Assembly (NCBI RefSeq): GCF_006345805.1
Contig: NC_043001.1
Location: forward strand, 5,580,001-5,644,000
Reading direction: 5' to 3'
Length of the DNA: 64,000 bases
DNA from: Octopus sinensis
Lineage: Eukaryota
Shown piece by piece: positions 25,051 through 39,836 of this stretch (position 1 is the first letter of the stretch; each line of letters begins with the position of its first letter). Under the pieces are notes generated by a model. That model was not told the origin of the DNA. It saw nothing but the letters and a program-made list of their open reading frames with translations, and made no database searches. Both the position numbers and the translations under genes were made by a program.

Positions 25051-25762
25051 ATATATATGTGTGTGTGTGTGCTAGTGTGTGTATCTGTGTGTGTGTGCCT
25101 TATGTGTATGAGTATGAGCATGTGTGTATATGTCTGTCTCTCACCGACCAGTGCTTCAGAACTGGTTGATTTGCTTGCGTTAACGTGTCCCCGAAAATTA
25201 GGGGCCTGACAAAAAAGACTGACAGAATAACGACAGCGTCAGAAGCGTCTGACTAACCATTACAGGCGGTGCACCAGCATGGCCGCAGTTTAATAATTAA
25301 AATAAGAAAAATATAAAAGATAGTATATCTAACTTGTTATATATGTGTGTGTATATATATATGTATATGTACATACTTATGTATGTATGTCTATCTATTT
25401 ATCTATCTATCTAACGCTCTCTCTCTCTCCATATATATATATATATGCATATATACATACAAACATATACATATATATATATATGTGTATATATATGTAT
25501 ATATATATATGTGTATATATATATATACATACTGTTGTGTCTGGAGAGAGTCATTTTCTTTTTATGCCTTATTAAAACAGTCACCGGTAAAATTTCCCCT
25601 TATTTCTTATTTTTATTTTCCTAAAATTTTCGTTGCGTCTTGCAACCTTTTCAATAGTTTTGACTTTGTCCGTTATATACACTGCATTCCCTTTCCTTTG
25701 TTTGTGCGCATGTGTGTCGGTCAGTGAGTGTGTGTGCCTAGGCATGCATGTACGTATGTATG

Positions 25763-25796
<34 letters not shown>

Positions 25797-26720
25797 TGTA
25801 TGTACGCTTGTGTATTTATGTATACATGTGTGTGTATGCATATGTATATATGTATGCATGTGTGTGCATCTGTATGTATTTATTCTGCATATTCATGTGC
25901 TTGCATGTCCGTGTTTGTGTATTATTTATGTATGTGTGTGTGAGCGATCGTATGTTTGTATGTGTATACACCTCTGTCTCCTTGTGTGTGCATGTCCGTG
26001 TGCATGTTTGTATGCATGGACGTGCATCGTTATATGTGTGGATCTGTGTCTCCATATGTGTCTTTGTGCGGAGTAAAGTGTGTGTGTATATATGGTCACG
26101 TGTTTCAGTCTCCATTTGCCAATGTTTGCTTGTCTGTTCATATAACCTATGTACCTCTCCGTCTGTATGTTGATCTGTTTATTTTCATATCAATATGCTT
26201 ACAAACATATGTATACTCACACACACATACATACATCTATCTACATAACAGCCCATTAACTATTTTGCTCTACCTGTGTACACTCCATACCCACAGTTGA
26301 CACTGCAGAACAAATGCACTTGAAATCTCACTGATATGAATAAATAATGGTACCCACAGCCTTCTATTGCAGGAAGAGAGGTGACGAGATACTCAGGTTA
26401 GGATCTGTTAAATATAAAAACTTAATTCCCTCAAATCAAAGAAATCACAATTAGAAAATAAATTGAGCGTTAATGAAGTTAACAATGATTGGATAAATCA
26501 ATTAAACTCTCATTTACTTGATTCAGTCAACTTTGTCCACGATGGGATACCGTTTTAAAGGGTTTAGGAGAAGAAATAGATCAGAGTATTTATTTCTTTG
26601 AGATTCTACTGATTCTGTTGGATCTTTCAGAGAAACCCTATTTGGGAGTCGAGGACAAACACAAAAAGACTTGGATATGCGTTTGTGAATGTGTGTGTGT
26701 GTGTGTGTGTGTATACAGAG

Positions 26721-26768
<48 letters not shown>

Positions 26769-26819
26769 GGGGGGTGCTCGCCTCACCAAAAAATAAATGT
26801 ATGCACACTTTAGCAACTG

Positions 26820-27980
26820 ATAACTCAATCGATATATTTTCATTAGAGATAATTCTAGAATGCAACTGGAAATGTGAAAACGCAGTTGAAGTGCAAAGAC
26901 AGTTTAGGAGGGAGTTTCAAACAGACTCACCAACGCAACTTACTATCACCCGAATTAGAGTTAAGTTTGAAGCCGATGAGACAGTGCAGAATGTCCACGC
27001 GAAACTTTCCAGAAGACCACGAACATCAGCAATCCCCACAAAGCAAGAAAGAGTACTGGAAACGAATCACCAAAGTCCAAGTAATTATGTGCAGTAGGCG
27101 AGTCATGAGGTAGGAATTTTAGGAATTTCATAAAACTCGTCTGCCGAAAGCATTTTGAAATGCATTCCCAGTAGAAAAGTTTCTTTCCAAGATTAGTCCA
27201 TGCTATTAATGACGATGATCCAAACCAGAGAGTGCAATATTGTGAGTGGTACTTGGCACGGTGTATAAAATATGCATACTTTCCAACAAAGCTTTTGTGG
27301 AGTGATGAGGCCACATTCAAATTAAATGGTTCAATTAACCGCCACAATTGCACCTACCGGTGACATTAAAATCCGCATGTTATGGTGGATCGCCATTTTA
27401 ATTTACCAGGAGTTACAGTGTGGTGTGGATGATCATCAAGAGGATTAATTGGAGCATTTTTATTTATGCTAATGTGACTGGTCCCGTTTCCTTGAACTTG
27501 TGCATCAGAGTGTCATGATAAGTATTAGAGAAGACTTTGAAGATGGGGAGTTTTCTTTTCAGCAAGATGGGGCACCCCAAAACTACCATCTCTATGTTAG
27601 ATCCTTCCTTCATGAGATCCTGCCAAACAGGTGGATCAGACGAAGTGGTTTAGTTGAATACCCTCAGAATTCACCACACTTAGCACCACTAGACTTTTTG
27701 ATGAAGATACATAAAAGAACAAGTCTACGGTATGAAACCTGCAACAGTCGTTGATTTGCACACACATACGAAACGAACTGTTTGTGATATTTGCGATTCC
27801 TTTGCTTTGTGTTGTCAGCAGCGTCTGGATCAGAAATGACGTCAGTTTGAAAACAAGCAATGACAAAATAACGAAATAATGAATGTAGATTCTATTAAAT
27901 TTTGAAAATGAAATGTCTTTTAATAAACAACTACTTTACAATTATTCAAAGTGTGTCTACAATTTTGGGGACACCCTCTA
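26820..27980 (+). mobile_element. Tc1/mariner-superfamily transposon, decayed transposase and right TIR
   Basis: WKCENAVEVQRQFRREFQT..ITRIRVKFE; [20 protein letters not shown]; QQDGAP...WIRRSG..YPQNSPHLAPLDF. Ends GTGTCTACAATTTTGGGGACACCCTC-TA. Confidence 0.9.
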
Positions 27981-28069
27981 TACATACATACATACACACA
28001 TACATACACACATACATATATATGTATGTATGTATGTGTACATATCTATCTATATATATATATATAAGC

Positions 28070-28101
<32 letters not shown>

Positions 28102-28159
28102 ATATATATATATATATATTATATATATATATTATATATATATTATATTTATATTATTA

Positions 28160-28219
<60 letters not shown>

Positions 28220-28787
28220 GTATATATATGTATATCTATATATATATATATGCGTAAATAATTATTTATGTATATATATATATTAGAAAATATATATATG
28301 TATATTTTTACATATAATATTATACAATATATATATACACAAACACACACCACATAACACACACACACACACACACCACCACATATATATATATATATAA
28401 TATATTATATATATATATACACATACGCATACACAAAAGTATATGTATGTACATATATTATGCACACTCCCGTTGTTAGTCGACGTATGAGGGATCGGTA
28501 ATTTGTTGCCGAACATCCACTCAAAATGACTTGTTTATAGCGGTCAAATGTTCTTGTACACAGACACTCAGTCCTTCCATTAGATCGGCATTGCCGGTAC
28601 AGATGCAACATGTGCCACATGTCAGATGAGGAAATAATCGCAGAGGAACTCGTATTGCAGTGTAATTGCTCAAGAACACAATGCAACGCGAGGTCTGTGA
28701 ATTGAACATGCGATCTCGTAATCGAGAGTGCAACACCCTAACCACCAAGCTATGCGCCTTAATAAATACACACACACACGCATATTA

Positions 28788-28998
28788 CTCTTTTACTCTT
28801 TTACTTGTTTCAGTCATTTGACTGCGGCCATGCTGTAGCACCGCCTTTTTAGTCGAGCAACTACACCCCAGGACTTATTCTTTGTAAGCCTAGTACTTAT
28901 CCTATCGGGCTCTTTTGCCGAACCGCTAAATAACGGGGATGTAAACACACCAGCATCGGTTGTCAAGCGATGTTGGGGAGACAAACACAGACACACAA

Positions 28999-29074
<76 letters not shown>

Positions 29075-29236
29075 GACGGGCTTCTTTCAGTTTCCGTCTA
29101 CCAAATCCACTCACAAGGCTTTGGTCGACCCGAGGCTATAGTAGAAGACACTTGCCCAAGGTGCCACGCAGTGGGACTGAAACCAGAACTGTGTGGTTGG
29201 TAAGCAAGCTACTTACCTCACAGCCACTCCTGCGCC
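28788..29236 (-). mobile_element. tRNA-derived SINE family A, full length
   Basis: Reverse complement of 21814-22270 and 44737-45160. Confidence 0.9.
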
Positions 29237-29502
29237 TATATATGTATATATATATACAAACATACATATATATGTGTGTATGTATGTGTCTAAATACACA
29301 CTCATGTAATATATACATTTATAAGTGGCTTCAACATACCTTTCCCTATACCAAATTCACTCGCAAAGAATTATGGTGGAAGCAATTTGTTCGTGGCGCA
29401 GCAGGCCTGAACCCGAAGACGAGTAGTGGCAGATCGAACTTCTTAACTGCATAGCCATGCCAAGAATTATTACAATTATAACAGGATGTATACATACATA
29501 CA

Positions 29503-29600
<98 letters not shown>

Positions 29601-29677
29601 GTATACTTTTCCTCACAGGTATGCTGAGGAACGTCCTATCTGCGGCTAAATAACAATAAGAACAAAAGTATAACACC

Positions 29678-29743
<66 letters not shown>

Positions 29744-30198
29744 CATTATTATTATTACTAATGCCTATTACTTTAGCTGGGAAGCGTGTCAAGGTGAGAG
29801 AGACACAGACAGTGAATGCAGTTGAGGTGTGTGATTATTTTCGCTATTAGTCCACAACTGCCTGGAATTAAAGTGTTTCTCCTGTATAGAGAGGAACCGT
29901 GAAATAAATAATAATTTAAAGGCAGTAGCGGGGCAGGTAGGAGAGTGTGGTCTGACTGGTTCCAGGGAGACAACTGTAGGACGACTAACCATTAGAAGGC
30001 GGTTACAGCAGTTGTCCAGTTCTCCTGGCGCTAGTTTCACTTTCGCTTTCTTAAACATATGAATAACAATTAGATATTTATATATTTTGTTTTTTTCTTA
30101 CATAAATATTTGCTAACCTTTACTCTGCACTTGAACCGCAGTTTTAAGATATATAATTTTTATTCTCTCTCTCTCGCTCGCTCGCTCGATCGCTCTCA

Positions 30199-30290
<92 letters not shown>

Positions 30291-30535
30291 CTGTGTGTGA
30301 AAGTGTGCGTGTTAGTGTCTGTGTGTGTATACACACGCGCCTAAACTTAAATACAACTTTCATATATATATTCGTATATATAATTATATAGCTGAAGATA
30401 TACACGCACACACACACATATATACATATATGCATACGGGTGAATATATATACAGACACAAATAAACACCTATATATACACATTCATATTTCCACGTATA
30501 CTAATATACACATAAGTATATATGTGTGTGTGTAT

Positions 30536-30588
<53 letters not shown>

Positions 30589-31784
30589 ATACTCAGGCAT
30601 ACATACGTATATATATATATATATGTATATATATATACACATATAGCGCAATTGTGCACGTGTTACTTATGTGTATTTGTGTGTCCGTGTGTGCGTATCG
30701 GCATCTCTGTATAATCATGTGTGTAATTCTTTGTGTTTCGTTGTGTATATATCTTCATGCGCGTGTTTGTGTGTCTGTGTGTGTGTGTGTGTGTGCGTGT
30801 GCGTGTGTGTGCGTGTGCGTGTGTGTGTATGCCGATGTATGTGTCAGTAATACTATCGCTTCAATTGCCTCAACAAAACGTCTCTGTTTCTCACCTCCTA
30901 CCTCTACCACGCCTTCGTGATATCTAGCACCTCCCTCCCTCTCTCAACTCACATTTCTCCTCCTACCACCGCTACTACAATCACCTTTCCCTTTCCCATT
31001 CTTTCACTATCTCTCTAACTGTCACCCTCTGTACATCCTCCCCTTCCTTTCTCTTTACATTCCCACCCCCGTCTCCACCCACCCCCACTTTATGGCTGTC
31101 AATATTTTCTACACAAACATTAAATAAACTCATCGTTTCTCGACCTTTTTCCTTTCATTTTCCTTTCATTATGTCTTACCTCTCCATTATCTGTGGCACG
31201 TCTCTTCAACCCCTATTACCCTTATTACCCCCACTCCTTAGTCCCCTCCCCACCCTTTGTAATATATATATATTCCCTTCACAGACTTCCCAAAGTGTGT
31301 GTGTATGTATGTGTGTGTTTTTCTTGCCGTCTCCTTTATCTCTGTATACGAATATAAACACAATGTGTGAATATTTACGAATGAATGGTTTGGGTCAGTA
31401 CCTCTCTTCCATTCCCTCTTTCCCTCCCTCTCTCTCTCTTTCACTCTCTTTCTTTCTCTTTCTCTTTCTCTTTCCTTCTTCCTTCTCCTCTCTCCCTTTG
31501 TGTCTCTCTTTTACATTTATTTCGCGATGCGTATAGCAGCTTCCATGCGTTGATATGTGTATCGCTGTTTACGAACATACATACATATGCATATACACGC
31601 AGGCAATTATATATGAATGCTAGTGTCTATATATATGTATATATGGTATTAAACTGAATAACAACAACAACAACAACAATAATAAGGATGATAATGATAA
31701 TACTAATAATAATAATAATAATTATTATTATTATTATCATTATTATTATTATTATTATTATTACTATTATTATTATCATAATTA

Positions 31785-31883
<99 letters not shown>

Positions 31884-31934
31884 TAGTAGTTTATTACTAT
31901 TATTATTATATATATGGTGCGTGTGTTCAGTTAT

Positions 31935-32140
31935 TCCGTCACTTGTTTCAGTCATCTAATTGTGGCCACTCTGGTGCACCGCCTAAAGGGGCTTTAGTTG
32001 CAGAAATCGAACCCAGGACTTAGTTCTTATAAGGCTGGTACTTCTTCTATCGGTTCTCTTTTGACGTAACTCTATGCTACAGGGACAAACATAAAACGTC
32101 AAACGCTGGTTGGGAGACAAGCAGACAAAAACACAAACAC
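31935..32140 (-). mobile_element. SINE family A 3' half, diverged
   Basis: CTTGTTTCAGTCAT...TCTATCGGTTCTCTTTTG homology to family A. Confidence 0.65.
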
Positions 32141-32183
32141 AAACACACACACACAATTCACACACACACACACACACACACAT

Positions 32184-32224
<41 letters not shown>

Positions 32225-32294
32225 ATATATTATATATAGCACAGACATTATCCCACCATGGCTAAAATCTCAGGGATGAAGCATGTAATAGAAG

Positions 32295-32460
32295 CCTAAT
32301 TTCTCAAGATTGGTATTTAGGCAGTGTCTTACATATCACAGGTTCCCCAATAATTACAGGTATAAACCTAAACTTGTAATCTGGATAGAGTAACTGCATA
32401 TTTCTCAATAGTTCAACATAGGTATTCTCTTTTTCACTGATCTTCAGTTTTATGCTTATG
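32295..32460 (-). mobile_element. RLE-endonuclease C-terminal remnant of a non-LTR retrotransposon
   Basis: KISEKENTYVELLRNMQLLYPDYKFRFIPVIIG resembles the K..KY..L....PVIIG RLE end; bounded by (TATG)n. Confidence 0.55.
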
Positions 32461-32552
32461 TATGTATGTATGTATGTATGTATGTATGTATGTATGTATG
32501 TATGTATGTATGTATGTATGTATGTATGTATATATGTATGTATGTATGTATG

Positions 32553-32586
<34 letters not shown>

Positions 32587-32608
32587 TGTATGTATGTATG
32601 TATGTATG

Positions 32609-32674
<66 letters not shown>

Positions 32675-32685
32675 TGTATGTATGA
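32460..32685. repeat. (TATG)n tetranucleotide microsatellite
   Basis: Directly visible. Confidence 0.95.
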
Positions 32686-32859
32686 AGGGGTGATGTCAGA
32701 AGGATTGCTTGTGTGCGTGCGTTGTGTGTGTGTGTAGTCAAGCGGAAAATCCGAATTTGTTGCGGCCCCCACCACAGGGGAGAACATGATCGTGTTCCCC
32801 CACCCCAATACTGACGAGTGGCAAGTGATTGTCTATCAGTCAACTTGGCCATAATATTG

Positions 32860-33490
32860 CCATATCCGGCACTAGATTTTCTTTATACACATTCTGTATA
32901 ATAAACTTGGCCTGGCGAACATTCCTTCTGAGTGGGTGCCACCTTGTGTGGCAGCTGATCAAAAACACACCGGGCTGATGACATCAATAGAAAGTTGAAC
33001 ATTGTTTGCGGCACATTGAGCTGGTTTCTTTGAATGTTTCCTTACTCAGGATGAGGGTTAAGTTTATAACTTTCAACCAGAGACAAAGAGACAATCCATG
33101 AACTGGTAAAACCTCTCCTCATTTGTTCTAAAGTAGGCGATGGTCGTTTCATCTGCAGCGAACTTTATGACCTCAGACTTTTGCGACTCAAAGAGCATTG
33201 CGATTATTAACTATGATCAGAAAGGCCACAACATCGACGTAGAATACGATGGTAACATGCTGAGAGAGGTATGACATCATCATCACTGCAATACTGCTGT
33301 CCAAAGAAATTATTTTATGTTGTGGGACGGGAGAATAAGCAGGGTTATAGACAAGCTGAAGGCCACTGTCACGCACAACAGCTGCCGAAACCAAGGCTTT
33401 GGGGGCTGCAGCATTGTTCTGATGAAGGAAATCCCGTTTCGTAAGTTTTGTAAATGCCTTAGCAACATGGCTTTGTAAATCTTTCCCTTC
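32860..33490 (-). mobile_element. Decayed LINE RT remnant (Rex/Babar- or L2-like)
   Basis: Minus-strand SQKSEVIKFAADETTI resembles the IKFADDTT catalytic region; GVFLIS..RW resembles FLGV.I...L.W; heavily frameshifted. Confidence 0.4.
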
Positions 33491-33503
33491 ACAGTAGGGC
33501 CAT

Positions 33504-33585
<82 letters not shown>

Positions 33586-34931
33586 GGTGGTTGTGGTGGT
33601 TGTAGTGTTACTAGTAGTAGTGTCTCGCTATTTACTCCTATCTCTAAATTTCCTCGTTTGGTTTCGAAGGTAGGTGTTCGATGATTGATAAATACTGCCA
33701 TGCAATGACAAAATTGCCACTCAGGTATGCGTAATCTGCTGCTAATCAAAGATATCCTTATTCATATTGTCATTGATTAATCTTGCCTATCATATCAAGA
33801 AAGGAAGAAAAATATAACGATGAAGAATACCAACTTTGTACCAAGTAAAGCTACAGTTATTTTCCTCCTGGGAGTCAAATGTACTCTAAAGATAAAACGT
33901 GGTTGAAATATATATTTCATATAGACATATAGATATGTCCATCATGTCGTATATTTAACAAAATAACATGTGTGTTGTTTTTTTCTGTGACTTTCTGTTG
34001 CAAAGAAAAACACGCCAGTATTGATATTTCATTTCTGATAATTTGAAACTTAGATGTCTACCACTCAGAATACATCGGGCCAATTATATGATATATGATA
34101 TAGGTTCGCGATATATGTGACAGACAGATATATAGCTTGGATACCAACGAGAATGAGACTTAATCAAATGATAAGAAATAATTCTTATGTTTCTGAATAA
34201 CAGACTTGTGCGAGGAAAATATTCTCGAGTGGTTGGCATAAAAATGATCAAATTGTCATCGATATAAAATCATTTATATAATTACGTATCTGTTATATGT
34301 TACGTATGAAAGAAAGGGACGAATATAATAACGGTCTTAAATGTTGGTAGAAGGCCAGTAATTTCGGCGGAATGAGTGGGTTTATTATATTGATCCCATG
34401 ACTGACGTGGTACTGTTTTTATGAACCCCGATAGTATGAAAGACAATGTCGACCTCGGCGGAATTTGAACTCAGAATGTATGCGCGTATCTATGTTTGTA
34501 TGTTACTGTAAGTTTGTGTGTGTTCCTTTTCACTGCTTGACAACTGTTGTTGGTGTCTGTTTCGGAAAAAGAGTCTGAAAGAATAATTAGAAGACTTTCA
34601 AGAAAATAGCTATACTCTTGCATCAGCTGATGAGTTCGACAAAATCATTCAAGGTGGAGACCTCGCATGGTCACATTCCATTGACTGAAACAGATAGAAA
34701 GGAAATAAATTTGAAAGCAATTAAAAGAAATATATCTTATACATAACTTTGAATAAAAGTTCCAAAAAAGGAAAGGTTAACCTCACTGCTCCCTCTGATT
34801 ATCATTAATTACCCACGTACACACCCCGTCTCAATTTCACTTCGACTTTTCGTTGGTCCTGTAACAGTAACTTACTTCCATGCACGGAAAATCTCGAAAA
34901 CCGAAAAAAAGGAAAACAAAAGGCTTCATAT

Positions 34932-35025
34932 GCCCACGGGCATATAGCACAGTGGTTAAGATCGCGGGCTAGTAACCCCAACATTCCGAGTTCGATTCCA
35001 GGCAGTGACTTGAATAATAATGATA
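34932..35025 (+). mobile_element. SINE family D tRNA-like head
   Basis: GCCCACGGGCATATAGCACAGTGG...GAGTTCGATTCCAGGC; A and B boxes; homologous to 19150-19221. Confidence 0.75.
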
Positions 35026-35474
35026 ATAACCGGAATCATATTATATATTTCGCTATTTAACATTTTAGAAAGTAATTTACCTTCTTAGTGGTGAGAGGAA
35101 TGAAAAAAATTATTCTCAAATTGTACAACTAATCTCAGTTCTTATATGAGATTGAACTTCAATAAATCTTACAAAGAAAAGCGATAATGTGAACAGGGCT
35201 AACAATTTGCTGAAAGTTCGTCAAAAAATATTTGCAAAATAATTATATTCTTCAATGATTGTTTATAGATCATTCCACGTAGCCTTACATGATCACAACG
35301 GGTCATCATAAATGGAAATTGTGATACTTTTACTTTTCGTTAGAAATATTAAGTAAAAATACATCCACTGGAAATATGAGGGCACACGGGCAGGAAGTAA
35401 TTAATGTTTAAACTACTTAGTTATATTTATCAAGTAATATTCAGTTCTGTGATATCTGAGAAACTTGACACAGT

Positions 35475-35739
35475 GTACTCTTTACTGTTACTTGTTTCCG
35501 TTATTTCAGTGTGGCCATGTTGGATCACTGCCTTTAGTCGAACAAATTGGCTCCAGGACTTATTCTTTGTAAGCCTAGTATTTATTCTATCGCTCTCTTT
35601 TGCCGAAGCGCTAAGTTACGGGGACGTAAACGCACCAGCAACAGTTGTGAAGCGATGTTGGGGGACAAACACAGACACACAAACATACACACACATACAT
35701 ACACACACATACACCACACACATATATATATATGGATAT

Positions 35740-35835
<96 letters not shown>

Positions 35836-36828
35836 GAGCAAACACTATATGAGAGAGGTTTTCTTTAAGTATTAGAAATAGTTTAAAAAAGTTTTTTTAG
35901 CTGCTATTTCTAATGAGTTCAGTATGCGGCAAAGTAATTTATTTTACTAAGCCCTTTTATATAATGTAATATTTGAATTCGCCTTAAATGGTCCCTTTGC
36001 ATACTGAATACTTGGTGAAATTGATAATTTAATTAATTTTACCCTCAATTGTTGAAATTATAAATCATCTCTCTCTATTTAATGTCTCGGATTTTACCGA
36101 AAAAAGCATAGTGTTTACTGATTTTAACCCACGCTGGTGGAAAGGGGAGAGCAGAAATTCTTCGCTTGCATATTTGAGTTTGCGGGCACTGTTAGTTCGC
36201 GAGCAGATCTTCAGAAGCGATAAGAAGCCGAAAGGGTATGCTCCCACTTTCAGTTTTTCAAATCCAAACCAAGGAGTTCTGAGCTGATGATAGAAGTGTC
36301 GAGTTGACTATCTTGAAACGTACGTTCTCAAATAACCTTTGCATTTGATTTTTTAAGGTCTTTACTTACCCCCATACTTTCGTGAGTGAATTGAGCAAAC
36401 ACTATATGAGAGAGGTTTTCTTTAAGTATTAGAAATAGTTTTAAAAAGTTTTTTTAGCTGCTTTTCTAATGATTTTCAGTATGCGGCGTCAGTCATTTAT
36501 TTTACTAAGCCCTTTTATATAATGTATAATTTGAATCTTCGCCTTAAATGGTCCCTTTGCATACTGAATACTTGGTGAAATTGATTAATTAATTAATTTT
36601 ACCCTCAATTGTTGTGAAATATATATATATATATATATATATATATCTATATAATACGACGAGTATCTTTCAGTTTCTGTCCACCAAATTCACTCAGAAA
36701 ACTCACAAAGATTTGGTCGGCTCGATGCTAGAGTAGAAGTCAGTTGCCCAAGGTGCCACGCAGTGGGACTGAACCCGGAACTATCAGGTTCGTAAACAAG
36801 CAACTTACCACACAGACACTCCTACGCC
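35475..36828 (-). mobile_element. SINE family A split by a nested insertion (3' half 35475-35700, 5' half 36655-36828)
   Basis: The two halves are collinear; the internal (TA)n tract carries the 35832-36615 element. Confidence 0.75.
35832..36615 (+). mobile_element. About 1.4 copies of an approximately 556-bp tandem unit with a hammerhead-like motif (PLE pLTR- or retrozyme-like)
   Basis: TTGAGCAAACACTATATGAG...CCCTCAATTGTTG at about 35834-36054 and 36391-36613. TGAG-CTGATGA...GAAACGTACGTT-CTCA at 36280-36330. Confidence 0.6.
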
Positions 36829-37343
36829 TATATGTAGTTAATCTTTGAGCAGATTGTGGTATAGTTGTAGAACTATTTATTGCTTTCCAACAAATAAAAC
36901 AATCTTCATTATAGACAAAATTAAACACAGAAATTTATGTTATCCAGAACTTTGCAGGTATATATTTCTAAAAAAATTCTTTGAAACATTTCACACAGCA
37001 ATAAATTTGATATCGAAAACTAAATACTTGTAAAACATAGATTTGATGTACTTTTGGAAGTCTAGTGACATTTTGGTAGACAAAATTTCCCTGGTTACTG
37101 GCGAAGTAAATTGTATCAAGATAGTTAAAGAGCAAATCAACTAGCTCTTAGTGAAAAGAAAATTTCGTATCTGCTATCATATTACAAAATTATATTATAT
37201 TATATAATTTTATATTATATATATATGACTTGCTGTCTGCTTTAGCTTGTACTACGTCAGGCTTTATTCAATTTTTATTTCGTAGGAATTGTTTTATATT
37301 TAGTTTTTTGTTGTTGTTAATATGCATGTTTAATATATATATT

Positions 37344-37387
<44 letters not shown>

Positions 37388-37388
37388 C

Positions 37389-37429
<41 letters not shown>

Positions 37430-38094
37430 GTATATATATATATTATATATTATATATATATATATATTATATATAATATATTATATATATATATATCTAT
37501 ACATATACATATATATATATATATTATATATATATATAATATATATATATATTTCTTTCGATTCTGATGGAAAATAGTCGACATTTAGCAATTTGGATAT
37601 TTGCGTGTATTTTGAAAGAAAACATTTCACAGTAAAATGTCGCTTCTATCATTAATACAATGTGGGTCTGAAAGAAAGTTTCAGAACGGAGGAAAGTAGT
37701 GCTTAGTGACTGATCTGCGAATGTAGGGGAATTGGAGAGTAGGTACAACTGACTTGGTTTCAGGTAAAGAATTCGACAACATTTATGTACAGCAATCTGT
37801 GGAGTAACTTATATTGTAATATTTATATTGTTATGTTGGAAGAATGTCTGTGTACATATATATGTATGTGTGTCTGTGTCGGTTTCTGAGCGTGTGTCTG
37901 TGTGTGTCTGTCTGTGTGTCCCTGTGCAAAATCACAAACTCACACACACGTATGTGTGCATATATACATATGTTAACATATACTTAGAAACATATAGATA
38001 TGCGTATTTACGCACCCCCCACAAATATATACCTGTTAATAAATATACACATATATTTATATAGAGACCTATATATAAATATATAATATATATA

Positions 38095-38154
<60 letters not shown>

Positions 38155-38191
38155 CATATATATATACCTATATGAATATATATATATATAT

Positions 38192-38241
<50 letters not shown>

Positions 38242-38341
38242 GTATATATATCTATTATATATATATCTATATATATTATACCTATATATATATATCTATA
38301 TATATTATAATATATATGTATGTATATATATATATCTATAT

Positions 38342-38383
<42 letters not shown>

Positions 38384-39721
38384 TATATGCCCTCATATGA
38401 GAAAGTATGAAGGCCCGAATGAATGAATTAACGTATATAGGTATCCTTGTATGTATGTGTGTACGTGCGTTATATGTAAGTATCTATGTACATTCTTTCT
38501 TCACTTTTTCCTATGCGAACAAATATACTTAACGATATTTATTCTTTAAAAAAAGTCTGTAAAATAAATTTGGGTAAGAAACAAACAATGCCACACATTT
38601 ATTAAATGTTCCGATATTCCAGTAACATTTACCTTCTTCCAATCTATTACGTCTGTTCGGTGAATTATATTTTTATGAAACTGAACTGGAAACACACCAA
38701 ATATTGCATCGTTATGGCAATTAGATATATTCTACTTTAATGCAGTTCAACACAAATATGTTTTACCTTTTCCAGAATGTGGCCATGCTAGGGCAACGCA
38801 TTGAAGAACTTTTAGTCGATCGAATCGAACATAAAACTTTTTTTCCCCCTCCAGGAAAAGTTATTGCTCTCTTATGCCGAACCACTTGATTACAGCGAGG
38901 TAAACACACCATCACCGGCTGCCAAGTGGCGGTTGGGCGCCACACACACATGTATTCAAACACACACGTACATATATACATACACACATATGTATATACA
39001 TATATACATATATATATATATACACACACACATACATATATACATATACACATACCTATACATACATGCGTACATATCAATATATATATATATATATATA
39101 TAAGAGTTAATAGTGTCATTGAGACCCAAAGGTATCAGGTAATGCTGAATAAGTGCTATAGAAAGACCATAGTTAAGTTCCAGATTCGGAAATATTGCGA
39201 ATAAAGAGTTCAATCTTTGTTCTATGTCGGCGTGTGTATATAAGAATTTTTTGCGTAATAAGAGAAAAAAAAACAAGTCTCTATAGGTATTAGAGCATTT
39301 ATAGGTAGGTCTTACAACGTTCTATCTAGAAATGCTCTAATATCTATACAGCCTAGATTTTTTAAATCTTATTACGCAAAATTGATATATATATATATAG
39401 GTACAGGCCATCAGCAACGGTTCAAACAACATAAAATACGGGAGAAAACGACAAATGATGGACAACAGGACAAGTAAACACGGAGAAAGGACCATTCACG
39501 AATTGTCCACTCTCTGTCTACTCCACATTTTGAATGCTCGAAATGAGGAATAGAGAGACGGCCGACACTGATGAAGGGTCGTTTCTCTGTGCTTACTTGT
39601 CCGTAGGCACAGCAGCCGAAACATTCTGTTAACAATAAAGAAGATGAGGACAATTTCCGTCAAGAAAATAATGTAAATAATGTACATTATTCCTCTTCTC
39701 TTAAATATAGAACTGTACTTA

Positions 39722-39754
<33 letters not shown>

Positions 39755-39783
39755 ATATATAGATATATATATATATATATATA

Positions 39784-39836
<53 letters not shown>

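Noticed and set aside
19150-35003. Functional tRNA genes at the tRNA-like heads (19150-19221, 34932-35003)
   Set aside because: They have A/B boxes but no complete cloverleaf, and they continue into repeat bodies, so they are SINE heads.
36065-36247. Minus-strand ORF as a GIY-YIG C-terminus
   Set aside because: Only a vague RKLK..E resemblance, and it is antisense to the hammerhead-like motif.
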